Below, in pieces: positions 12,476 through 22,725 of a stretch of 64,000 nt of DNA. The stretch comes from Eledone cirrhosa (Eukaryota). The notes under the pieces were generated by a model, which did not search any database, was not told where the DNA came from, and saw nothing but the letters and a program-made list of their open reading frames with translations. The stretch spans positions 111,290,001-111,354,000 of the forward strand of contig OZ024744.1 of assembly GCA_964016885.1 (NCBI GenBank), written 5' to 3'. Position 1 is the stretch's first letter. The number at the start of each line of letters is the position of its first letter. The translations under genes were made by a program, and so were the position numbers.

Positions 12476-15400
12476 ATTATTATTATTATTATTGTTATTG
12501 TTATTCCTTGAATCTCAGTCATTGATGTTGGTTAACTGGAAAGTCCGTTGGATTGAATATCAAGCCACTACCTGCAGCCTCAGATATTCAGGACGTATCG
12601 GAGGGTTCTTGCCGTTCCAAGCAAGCATGCCTTTTGAAGCGTTCCAAAAAGCGTGAAGGGGCCGATTTTCTTTAACCATCCCTGGAAACCTTTGGAGATA
12701 GTCCCCAGTGCGCCTATGACAATCGGGATCACTTTGACTTCATGGCAGTTCCAAATCCTTTTCACCTCCCACTTTAGGTCCTGGTATCGGTTAATTTTCT
12801 CCCTCTCCTTCTCTTGCACTCTCGTGTCGAACGGGCAGGCCACATCCACAATCAGGCACGATCTTTTTTCTTTGTCCACAACCACCAGGTCAGGTCTATT
12901 GTGTTCCAGTTTTTTGTCCGTCTGTATCCTAAAATCCCACAGCACCTTCACCTGATTGTTCTCCATCACCGCCTCTGGCCTATGCTCATACCATTTCTCA
13001 GAATGTGGTAGATTGTTTACTTTGCACAGGTGCCAGTGGATCACCCTGCCCATCACATCGTGTCTCCAGCCCTTATAGTGGGTCTGGGCTAGGTGTTTAC
13101 ACTCGGACACAATGTGAGCCACAGTCTCCTCTCTCTCTCCACAGATCCTGCACAGTGGGCTAGCCTCCTCCTTGTAGATATGGTGCTTCAACCACTTCGT
13201 TTTGAGGGCCTGCTCCTGCGCAGCCATTAGCATTCCTTCTGTAGCCTTTTTGAGGTCTCCTCTTCTCAACCAGTTCCATGTCTGTGGATCTCTAAATTCA
13301 GTTTTCTCAAAGAAGGTACTATGAAGGGATTTTCCCTTAAGGCTGCTCTTCCTCCTTGATGTTATTTCCTCCTTGGGTATCCCCTGGCCTACTGTCCCCT
13401 CCTTCAGTACAGCTCTGAGCATTGGCTCCTTACTATAGGTCACGTATTTGTATAGGTTGTTTTTCTCCATCTGAACACAGTCCTCTATGCTGATAAGACC
13501 TCTTCCACCCTCAGATCTCCTTAGGTAGAGTCTATCGACATCACTCCTCTTGTGGAACATGTTGTAGATAGTCAATAGCTTCCTAGTCTTCCTATCCATT
13601 TCTTTTTGTTCAGCAACATTCCATCTCAGAATTCCCGCACTGTACCTAATAATAGACACAGCTCGGGAATTTACTGCGCTTATGGCATTTCTGCTGTTCA
13701 GATGTGACTTCAATACGCTCCTTACTCTCCGAATGTATTCAGTTCTTAACAATTCCTTCATTTTTTTGTTCTTTATGCCATCAGCCTCCAGAACGCCCAA
13801 ATACTTGTATCCTTCCTCAGAGTCAATTTCCTTTATCATCTCACCTGTTGGTATCTGGATCCCGTTACTTCTGCTCAACCTACCCCTCCTCATCACAATG
13901 ACTCCACATTTACCAATACCAAACTGCATACATATATCACTGCTGAAAATACGGACAGTGTCAACAAGCACATCCAACTCCTTCTCACTTTTCCCGAAGA
14001 GCTTAAGATCGTCCATGAAGAGGAGGTGATTGATGGTAAGCTCTCCCCTTCCCAACTTGTATCCTGCTCTCACTTTTCGCAGCATAATGGTCAAGGGCAT
14101 CAGGGCAAGGACAAACAACAGAGGGGACAGGCTATCTCCCTGGAAGATACCTCTCTTGATCTTCACGCTTCCCAAGGATACTCCAGTTGATGTCAACTCT
14201 GTCTCCCAGGACCCCATACTCCTGCCTAGCAACTGTCTGATGTTATCTGCCACCCTGAAGATCTCCAGGCTTTTGGTGATCCAGGAATGAGGCACCATGT
14301 CAAATGCCTTTCTGTAGTCTATCCATCCCATGGCAAGATCAGTGTGTCTCCTCCTGCAATTCCCCATTACCATCTTATCAATAAGCAACTGGTCCTTTGT
14401 ACCACGTGACTTCTTTCGGCATCCTTTCTGTTCGTCCGGCAACAAGTTGTTTGTGTGGAGGTGATGGTAGATTTCCTCAGACACAATGCTCGTCAACAGT
14501 TTCCACATTACGGGCAGACATGTGATAGGTCTATAGTTGGTAACATCATTACCCTTGATTTGGTCTTTCATTATCAGAACTGTGGTACCTTTTGTCAACC
14601 ACTCTGGCACCTCACCCGACACCAAGCAGTCATTGAACATGGCCGTCAGCTTCGGGTGGAGGGATGTTAAATGTTTAATCCAATACCCCTGCACACCATC
14701 TGGGCCTGGTGATTTCCAGTTGGTTAGTTTTTTGGCTTGCCCCTTAAGAGTTTCAACTGTGATACTCAAATCAGTCTGTTGCTGTGCCTGCTCACCGATC
14801 TCCCTCTGTACTGTCTCAATCCACCCTGCCTGGGCATTGTGTCTAACATCCTGCTCCCATATTCCTCTCCAGAATGTTTTAGCTTGTTCCGCCCCAGGGA
14901 TCAAGTCGGTGCCTCTTTCTTTCCCCTCAAGCTGTCCAAACAGCATCTTCTGGTTGTTGTCGAACATGCGGTTCTGTTTATACTGACTGACTCTGTTCTC
15001 GTATCGCCTGATTTTGGCACTCTTTGCTACAATGCGTTGCTTCAATTCCTCTATGATAATATTTAGCTTTTTACTCCTAGTTTTGTATTTTATTTCCAGT
15101 CTATTTTTAGTGCCTATGTTTTTTAGTGTCCCATTCAGTAGTGACTCAAGCTTTCCTATGTCATTTCTCATTTCCCCGATTTGCCCACTCAGTCGCTTCT
15201 TCCACCACGGCTCTGCTCTTTCTTGTCTGTTGTTTCCTCTCGCTTTTATACCAAGTAGTTTCCTCACCGTATTTGCTGTTGCTTTGAGGATATTGTTGCA
15301 CTGGTGAAGACTCCTCGCCTCAAGGTATGGGATGACTTTGTTTACCTTAGCTGTTGTTTCTTTTAACTTTTTCCTGTCTACAAATCTTAGGTTCATAGGT

Positions 15401-16194
15401 CTCCCACTATCATTGTTCAACTCATCTACCACTAAATTTAGGATGTCAACCGAATCTTGTCCTAGCCCGTCAGCATTCATCTCCTCAGTGGCCGTATCTC
15501 TGTTCCAGGTATTATTTATCTCAGTATTCAGATCATTGTCTGCTTCGGGTGGTTCCTCCGCTCTCAGGACCTCCTCACCTTCATTTCCCGCCGGCTCGCT
15601 TGTCTGGCATACTACACCCGCCATCTCCAAGCCATTCTCTCTGCTCAGTTCCTCCAGTTCCAGCTCGCTTATCCACCCATTAGTTCTTATTACCCGAGCC
15701 TGCCCGGCCAATTTTTGTTCATCTAATTTAAATAAACCAATCTCGTTCCAGATGTTATGCATCCGTCTCCTGTAGCCCCTCTCCTTGGGGTTACTTTTCA
15801 GGTAGCATTGCATAACAGTTCTATTCAATTCTTTCGTCCAGTTGGTTCTGGCCCCTTTCCTTCTTCTTCTTCCTCCAACATCAGCAGTATTTCGTTGACA
15901 GTCAGGTTCCTGCTGCTGAGCCAGGGGGCACCTGTTGGGTGAGAGTCTGTCACATGACGTTCTAGTCTCCATTTCACCGTTATTCGAACTGTTTATGTTC
16001 GATATTTAAACACTCTTATCGAGGATTGGCGAATGTATGTTTACATAGCCATCTGTGGATCCGCCATCCCACTTGGCCCTTGTGTGGCATTATCACCACG
16101 CTGTATACGGACACACATAAACAAACAAACACACGGGCAGAAAGGGCCCCAAAAATGAATAAGCATAAGTTTCATTGTAATGTAGTATTCGAAT
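12476..16194 (-). mobile_element. R4/Dong LINE copy E, apparently full length
   Basis: 5' UTR is homologous to that of copy A, with similarity ending at ~16194. Single intact ORF, ~75-bp 3' UTR and (TAA)n tail. Confidence 0.9.
12580..15972 (-). CDS. R4/Dong-clade non-LTR retrotransposon protein (RT, CCHC, restriction-like endonuclease), 1130 aa
   Basis: RT motifs WKSPGPDG, NYRPITCL, WIDYRKAFD, QGDSLSP, FMDD. CRICGEREETVAHIVSEC knuckle. RHD...RPDLVV...DVACP...K..Y endonuclease motifs. Confidence 0.93.
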   Translation of the reverse strand: METRTSCDRLSPNRCPLAQQQEPDCQRNTADVGGRRRRKGARTNWTKELNRTVMQCYLKSNPKERGYRRRMHNIWNEIGLFKLDEQKLAGQARVIRTNGWISELELEELSRENGLEMAGVVCQTSEPAGNEGEEVLRAEEPPEADNDLNTEINNTWNRDTATEEMNADGLGQDSVDILNLVVDELNNDSGRPMNLRFVDRKKLKETTAKVNKVIPYLEARSLHQCNNILKATANTVRKLLGIKARGNNRQERAEPWWKKRLSGQIGEMRNDIGKLESLLNGTLKNIGTKNRLEIKYKTRSKKLNIIIEELKQRIVAKSAKIRRYENRVSQYKQNRMFDNNQKMLFGQLEGKERGTDLIPGAEQAKTFWRGIWEQDVRHNAQAGWIETVQREIGEQAQQQTDLSITVETLKGQAKKLTNWKSPGPDGVQGYWIKHLTSLHPKLTAMFNDCLVSGEVPEWLTKGTTVLIMKDQIKGNDVTNYRPITCLPVMWKLLTSIVSEEIYHHLHTNNLLPDEQKGCRKKSRGTKDQLLIDKMVMGNCRRRHTDLAMGWIDYRKAFDMVPHSWITKSLEIFRVADNIRQLLGRSMGSWETELTSTGVSLGSVKIKRGIFQGDSLSPLLFVLALMPLTIMLRKVRAGYKLGRGELTINHLLFMDDLKLFGKSEKELDVLVDTVRIFSSDICMQFGIGKCGVIVMRRGRLSRSNGIQIPTGEMIKEIDSEEGYKYLGVLEADGIKNKKMKELLRTEYIRRVRSVLKSHLNSRNAISAVNSRAVSIIRYSAGILRWNVAEQKEMDRKTRKLLTIYNMFHKRSDVDRLYLRRSEGGRGLISIEDCVQMEKNNLYKYVTYSKEPMLRAVLKEGTVGQGIPKEEITSRRKSSLKGKSLHSTFFEKTEFRDPQTWNWLRRGDLKKATEGMLMAAQEQALKTKWLKHHIYKEEASPLCRICGEREETVAHIVSECKHLAQTHYKGWRHDVMGRVIHWHLCKVNNLPHSEKWYEHRPEAVMENNQVKVLWDFRIQTDKKLEHNRPDLVVVDKEKRSCLIVDVACPFDTRVQEKEREKINRYQDLKWEVKRIWNCHEVKVIPIVIGALGTISKGFQGWLKKIGPFTLFGTLQKACLLGTARTLRYVLNI

Positions 16195-16541
16195 GTCCGA
16201 CTTAGTTTTTGTTTTTTAAGTTTTACTTTTCCCCCCCTCTTCTCTGTCCGTCCGCCTGCTTCTCTCTTCATTCTTATTTTCTTTACGTTTTTGGGGTTTC
16301 TTTTTTTGTTTTTGTTTTTCTCTGTTTTTCTCGTTTTTTACTGTTGTTGCTGTGCTGCTTTTGTTGTTTGTTTTTTCTTTTTTCTTTTGAGTCTATCTAT
16401 ATATTTTGATGCCTTCCTCTTTGTTAGTAGTAGGAATTCTATAATGTGGAAGTGGTAGCCAGCAGAGACTAGCGGCGTTGGCGATACTGAGACAGTGGTG
16501 GCGGTGATGTCGATACCGAGGCAGCGGTGGCGGTGATGCGA

Positions 16542-17206
16542 CCGTATTACTGTAGTGATGGTGCTGTAGCGGTGGCAGCAGCAGTGAAGGAGTCAGGGGG
16601 TGGTGGCGGCGGTGATGGGACAGCGGTGGCAATGATGGCCGCAGTGAGCGGTGGCGGTGAAGGTGAAAATGCTGTTGTGTTTAGTGTACACAGATGATGG
16701 GGTGGGTGGTGTATCTAGTTTCTGGTGTTGGTGAGTTTCGCTGTCCTATATAGTGTAGCCAGAGGAGAGGAGGGGGGGGGGTTCTTCTTCTTCCATTTAT
16801 AGCCATTTTATTTTTTATTTTTTTTTTTTTTTTTTTTTTGGATATACAGTGTACAATACAAAGTTGAATATTTGAATATTTGAGCCGTATTACTGTAGTG
16901 ATGGTGCTGTAGCGGTGGCAGCAGCAGTGAAGGAGTCAGGGGGTGGTGGCGGCGGTGATGGGACAGCGGTGGCAATGATGGCCGTAGTGAGCGGTGGCGG
17001 TGAAGGTGAAAATGCTGTTGTGTTTAGTGTACACAGATGATGGGGTGGGCGGTGTATCTAGTTTCTGGTGTTGGTGAGTTTAGCTGTCCTATATAGTGTA
17101 GCCAGAGGAGAGGAGGGGGGGGGGGGTTCTTCTTCTTCCATTTATAGCCATTTTTTTCTGGATATACAGTGTACAATACAAAGTTGAACATTTGAATATT
17201 TGAGCC
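16542..17206. repeat. Tandem duplication of a ~330-340-bp GGT/GGC-rich unit
   Basis: CCGTATTACTGTAGTGATGG...GAATATTTGAGCC occurs at 16542-16886 and 16885-17206. The copies differ mainly in T- and G-run length. Confidence 0.9.
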
Positions 17207-17371
17207 TTATAACAATATATTTTGGGTCCGAATTTTTTGGGGCTCAAGCCGGGTGCTTTACGTAGCATTTGTACTAAGAGTTGTTATTTCACAAATGATT
17301 TAAATATGTTAAAAATTCAAAACTTACGGGAGCGATTTCATGACCTCCGTCACCTCGTGCGTCTTCTTCCC

Positions 17372-17418
<47 letters not shown>
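17372..17418. repeat. (TAT)n microsatellite at the 5' flank of the Tx1 array
   Basis: Direct reading. Confidence 0.95.
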
Positions 17419-17419
<1 letters not shown>

Positions 17420-17438
<19 letters not shown>

Positions 17439-20400
17439 TAATGCCATGGTTGACAGAGGCTCGGCTCTGTAGGGTATCGTAATTTTTAACCGTTATAACA
17501 ATTGTAAATTGTTTAAAACTTGAACCAAATTCTAGATAAAGACACCCTCCTCCTCGTGAGAGGGGTCTTTCTGTCCGTTATTTGGCCCTTCGGGGGGTAA
17601 ATAACCATTTGTTGGGGATTTGTGCCCAATATTCATTTTAAACTGTAAAAAAAACATGTGAAAAAGAATTTTCACAAGTCACTCCCACTCCTTCCGTCTT
17701 CTTCTTCCCCAATCGTCATTACGTCAGAGAAAAGATTGTCTCTCTCCCTCTCTTCTCTAAATGTACTGTCGCCTCTGTCGCGTCTTTCGCAAGCGACGCC
17801 ATTAATGAAAAAGAAAAATGTAGTTTCTTTTAGCGTTCTTCATCAAGAGAACGCGCGTGCCGTAGAACATTTCTCTGCGACGACGAAAGATGTGTGCAGT
17901 AAATACGGAAAGCCATTTCATTCGTCTGACGTCATGAAGAATAGCAGCAGCAGCCGTAATAACAGCAGCAGCAGCCGTAATAACAGCAGCAGCAGCAACA
18001 GTGGCGAGGAAAATACTAGTAGCAGCCGCAACAACATCAGCAGCATCATAAACAACAACAGAAGTAGCAGCAACAGCAACAACAACAGCAGCAGCAACAG
18101 CAACAACAACAGCAGCAACAACAACAACAGCAACAGCGGCGGCGGCGGTTGTAGTACCAGCAGCAACAACAAAAGTAACAGCAGCTCTGACGACAACAAC
18201 AACAACAAAAAAGAAAAATCAATCTCGTTTGCAGGTATCGCAAAGAACCTGGAAACCATCCTTATAACAAATGAGGAATTACAGGAAGCAAAGAAGATGG
18301 TGACGAAAACCGGACACCGAGCAATCTGCAAGGCAGCCGAAGAATATTTCGAAACCCAACAGCACTGTACGGTCACGTACCGTACAGTAAGCACAAAATC
18401 ACGTAGGGTTGAAAGAGCCACAGGGGCTCAAATACAAAAAGCCTTAGGGTCTGTGTGAAAGCGGAAAACGCACATCACCCGATGCAAGAAATATGCCACC
18501 GTAGAGGTGGTTTTTGCCACACCCCAGGAAGCAAAGGCTTAATCCTTAGTGACCCTAAGGAGCTAGGAAATGGTGTCTGTGCCCTCCTACTGCGGTCAAA
18601 AAATTGTGAGGGACAAACTGACCCAAGTCCCCCCCCCCCCCCCCCCCCGGATGGCCCCTTCTTGGCTGGCCGCGTCTGTCCTCGTCGAAATCGAGGACAA
18701 AGACAAAACAACCGTACTGCAAGTACAGAAAAAAGTACGAGAAGATTGGGTCGGCACCTCCATTGAGATGTTAATTCAAACCAACCAGGAGTGCATCGAA
18801 GCTATCCCGGATGTGATAGACTTCGATAACGGCACTCAACTTCCTATAAGTGTTGAAGGCAAACGCCCGAAATGCTTTCGCTGTGGGTCGAAGACTCACC
18901 TCAGGGCCTTCTGCAATGAGAAGACCCTGAGAAAGGAGAAAATCCCCCTCCTTCCGAAACCGGCTCCACTGCTACCAGCAACAGGACAGGCGGCAAGCAG
19001 CAAGGATAGGTCCGATCTTCGACGGTTACGAGGTACTCATCTCCGAGCCGTCCGGGAGCGGGGGGCGGAGTTGCTGTGTTATTTCGGAAAGGCTTGGGTC
19101 TCGCCATACGGACCATCTTCCTGGACCCAGAAAGTAAGTCGGTGGTGCTGGACGTAAGCGGCACCGAAGACAACGCTTTCAGGCTAGTAGCCGTCTATGC
19201 CCCGACAGGGACAGGACGGTCAGATTTCTTCAGACGTCTAGACCTATCTTGGAACGTCCCGCTCTTTAGTGTTAGTGGGCGACTGGAACGGTATCTTGGA
19301 TGCACGCTGGGATTGTGTGGGGCTAGTGGATAGGGGAGGAGGGTGTAAGAGCCTGACCAACCTGCTCAGACGTTTTGAACTGTCTGACAGGTATTGACTG
19401 GACCACCCGAATGTGCCAATGTGGACACGGACAAACCGCATCGGGTCATCCAGATCGTATCTCGACAGGGTATTCTGCAGAGAACTAGATAAGGCTAGTA
19501 TAAGTTGTCCACAATTTAAAATAGTCGACTACACAGACTACAAATTTGTGATCTGTGAGATCGACATAGACAAGGACCCGGTTACTGGAAGCTGAACGCG
19601 TCTTTCCCGGCGCGCAAAGCCTACAGAGACCGGATTAGCGTATTAGTTAAGCGGGCGTTGACGCGAGCAGTCGTCAACAACAGGTGGTGGTTCGCCCTGA
19701 AAAGGGCAATTAAAGTAGAGTCAATTAGGTTTAGCAAAGGACTAGTGATAGAGGAAAATAGAGTAGAGGGAGAGCTAGTCAGAATCTAGAAGAGGCGTTT
19801 AGGACAGGCATCGCAACCGACGTGCTTGCGGCGAGATTGGCACTCGACCAATTCTTCAACGCAAAACACGAAGGCTGCGTTGTCAGAGCTATAGCGCGTG
19901 CTCTGAAACACGAGGGGACAAAAGCCGTCCAATGGGCCCGGGTGGCAGAGGCGCGACGTGGTAACAAAGCCACAATTCGGTTTTTATCTGACCAAAACGG
20001 GCCCGTGTTGCTCGAACCCGAGCAAATGTGTGAATCTTTTCAGCAGCACTTTGCTGAACTGTTCGGGAGCAGCGGCAGGCCGGATCGGGGCATTGTCTTA
20101 GTGCATACTTAGACGAACTGCCTCGGCTTTCGACGACCGCAACAGAGTGTTGTGAAAAGCTAATAACAGCCGGTGAAATACGGGAAGCGATGGATAACTG
20201 CACGATGGGTAAATCGCCAGGTTTCGATGGTCTGCCCTACGAGCTTTATGCATTTATGCCAGACTTGTTCGGTGACCTCTTGGCAGACGTCTACTGCAAC
20301 TGGCAGCAGAACGGGAGCATTCCTAGTTTTGTGAGCCAGCCTATAGGCGCATGGTCAGAGTAGGCCCATTCACACGAGCCATTCTCGCCACATTCACCCA

Positions 20401-21372
20401 CCTTTTAGCAAATGTACTGGGCGGAAGCACTACTCTCTCCACCCTCACCTTCCTTTCTGGGCACCAGTATCGTTCTATAGAGGACTAGTGGAGGGGAAGA
20501 GCGACGACGTTCTCGGAGAGATCCTGGGTGTCGAAGATCAGCTGTTTGCTCTCTTCCGGAGAACTTTCAGCCCAGGGCCTATGGATAACTTCCAAAAATC
20601 CCTGGTTTGGCAGTGCTACCGGGGAGCGCTGCCGGTTCGAGATAAGCTCTACAGGCACGGAAGTGCCGTCAGCCGAGTCTGTCCGAGATGCGCGTAGAGC
20701 GACGAAACCGTCGTGCACGCACTCGTTCAGTGCCCGAGCATTGCTGACTTGTGGAGCTATGTCGGACAGTTGCTGTCGGGTGTAGGACTGATCCGGTTAT
20801 CGACTGAGTCCATTGAGGAGGAAGGGCAGGCGATTTTCATCTACTTGGTGGCCATGGCGAAAGAGATTGTGTGGTAGACAAGGGTGAAAGGGTTAAAGAC
20901 AGACACTTTCCTCTTCGGCGAATCCCTAATTAGCTTTTTCAAGTTGTACTTGAAGAGGAAAATCAGGGTGGAGAGGCAAGTGCTGCCTTCTAGCAAGTTT
21001 GTTGAAAGGTGGGTGAATGTAGCGAGTCTGGTCCGAGTGAACGGGACCGCTCTGAATATACGTCTGTAGTTTGAGAAATGGAAAAACTGAGAGAGGGCGC
21101 TTGCCCTGGTGGTCAGGGTGGCCGTGGTCTTTTGTGTGGTTTTCGCCACGAGTAACCCTCGGAGGTTTCCCCCCTATTGGGGAATTTTTAATTGTTTCAA
21201 TTTTCATTTTTATTGTTTATATATATATATGTTTCTATGTACTTTTTCTTTTTCTTTTCTTATATAAATAATAAAAATCTTTACACGAACAAAATCCACA
21301 TCGTACCGTCCTGTGCCGTCTGTAATGTTTTTCTTGATGTCAGCCCTTGTGGCCAATAAAGAAATCATTATC
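17420..21372 (+). mobile_element. Tx1/L1-type LINE copy 1, both ends present, two large internal deletions, degenerate
   Basis: 5' UTR, ORF1 (CFRCGSKTHLRAFC) and ORF2 pieces are homologous to copy 3. ORF1 is fused to the endonuclease at ~19015 and the RT core is missing at ~20340-20470. Ends CCTTGTGGCCAATAAAGAAATCATTAT. Confidence 0.85.
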
Positions 21373-22509
21373 ACGTCCGTCATCTACTACCGCCTGACCG
21401 TCGTGCCTTGCTCCCGTCCGCCCTCGTCAAGTTGAAAAGTCTCCTCTTCAAATTCTTGTGGAGGGGACAAGTTCCGTTGGTGAGGCGGTCCATCTGCTGC
21501 CAGCTCCCTCTACGCGGAGGGCTGGGCATGCCGTGGTTAATGATGCGCAGACATGCGTTGAGGCTGCGACATCTCCAGATATTCTGCCTAAACGGTGAAC
21601 AGGTGTGGTCGCCGTTTATCAGACAGCTCGTTTCTTTGACTGGGCTGCAGTCCTGGGTCAAGAAGTGACCGAGACTGGGTGACTGGCACCTGGAATATTA
21701 CCAGGCACTCACTTCCCTCTACCAAGCGGGCAATGCGATCAGTGGAACTTCCACTCTCGAGTTCTATAGAGGATTAGTGGTGGGCAAGTGCGATGACGCA
21801 CTCGGAGAAGCTTTGGGCCTCGACGAAGTCGAACTGACCAGTCTGTACCGGAGGACTTTCGAACCGGGGACGATGGACAATTTCCAGAAATCCCTCGCTT
21901 CGCAGTGCTACCGGGGGGCACTGCCGGTTCGGGATAAACTCTACAGGCACGAAAGTGCTGTCAGACGGACCTGCCCAAGATGCGCACAGAGCGACGAAAC
22001 CGTTCCGCACACACTTGCCCAATGTCCGTGCATTAGACACTTTTCTCTTCAGCAAATCCCTCATCAACTTCTTCAAGTTTCACCTGGAAAGGAAGGTAGG
22101 GTGGAGAGAGAAGTGCTGCCCCCAGTACATTTGCTAAAAGGTGGGTGAATGTGGCGAGAATGGCTCGTGTGAATGGGCCTACTCTGACCATGCGCCTATA
22201 GGCTGGCTAACTTGAGGAGAAGGGTGCTCTCCCTGGGTGCCCTAGAAGCGCAGGGTGGTTCAGGATTGGTGGGGTACCCGAGTCACCCCAGGGTCGTCCA
22301 CCCCCTATCGAGGAATCTATTTTGTTATATTTATGAATAGTTTATTTTGTATTTTGTATATCTTCATTGTTAAATTAGTCTTGCAATTGTGTACTTTTAC
22401 TCGACCTTATTGTAAACCACCCACTGTCCCTGTCTTTGTATTGTCCCCTACATGTCGGCCCTTGTGGCTAATAAATAAAAACATTATTATTATTATTATT
22501 ATTATTATT
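21370..22509 (+). mobile_element. Tx1/L1-type LINE copy 2, 5'-truncated, different subfamily, (ATT)n tail
   Basis: Homologous to 27242-28250 (FKFLWRG, GGLGMPW, ALPVRDKL, CPRCAQSDET), with an internal deletion at ~22033. Confidence 0.85.
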
Positions 22510-22725
22510 GAATGCTATGGTTGACGGAGGCTCGGCTCTGTAAGGTACTGTAAATTTTGAACGCTATAACAATTGTAAATTGTTTAAAACTTTAACGAAC
22601 TTGTAGACAAAAACACCCTCCTCCCCGTGAGAGGGGTCTTTCTGCCCGTTATTTGGCCCTTCGGGGTTAAATAACTGCTTATTGGGGTTTTGTGCCCAAT
22701 ATTTATTTTAAACAAAAAAAACAAC

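Noticed and set aside
6507-15942. Plus-strand ORFs antisense to Dong, and minus-strand ORFs antisense to Tx1
   Set aside because: These are shadow ORFs of coding strands, repeated only because the elements are repeated. No independent motifs.
17540-17610. HDV-like ribozyme in the Tx1 5' UTR (TCCTCGT plus UUCG hairpin)
   Set aside because: P3, P1.1 and the catalytic C/P2 arrangement could not be built in both copies. Kept only as a structured leader.
17918-18421. Poly-Leu and poly-Cys ORFs
   Set aside because: Antisense reading of the (AGC/AAC)n tract in Tx1 ORF1.
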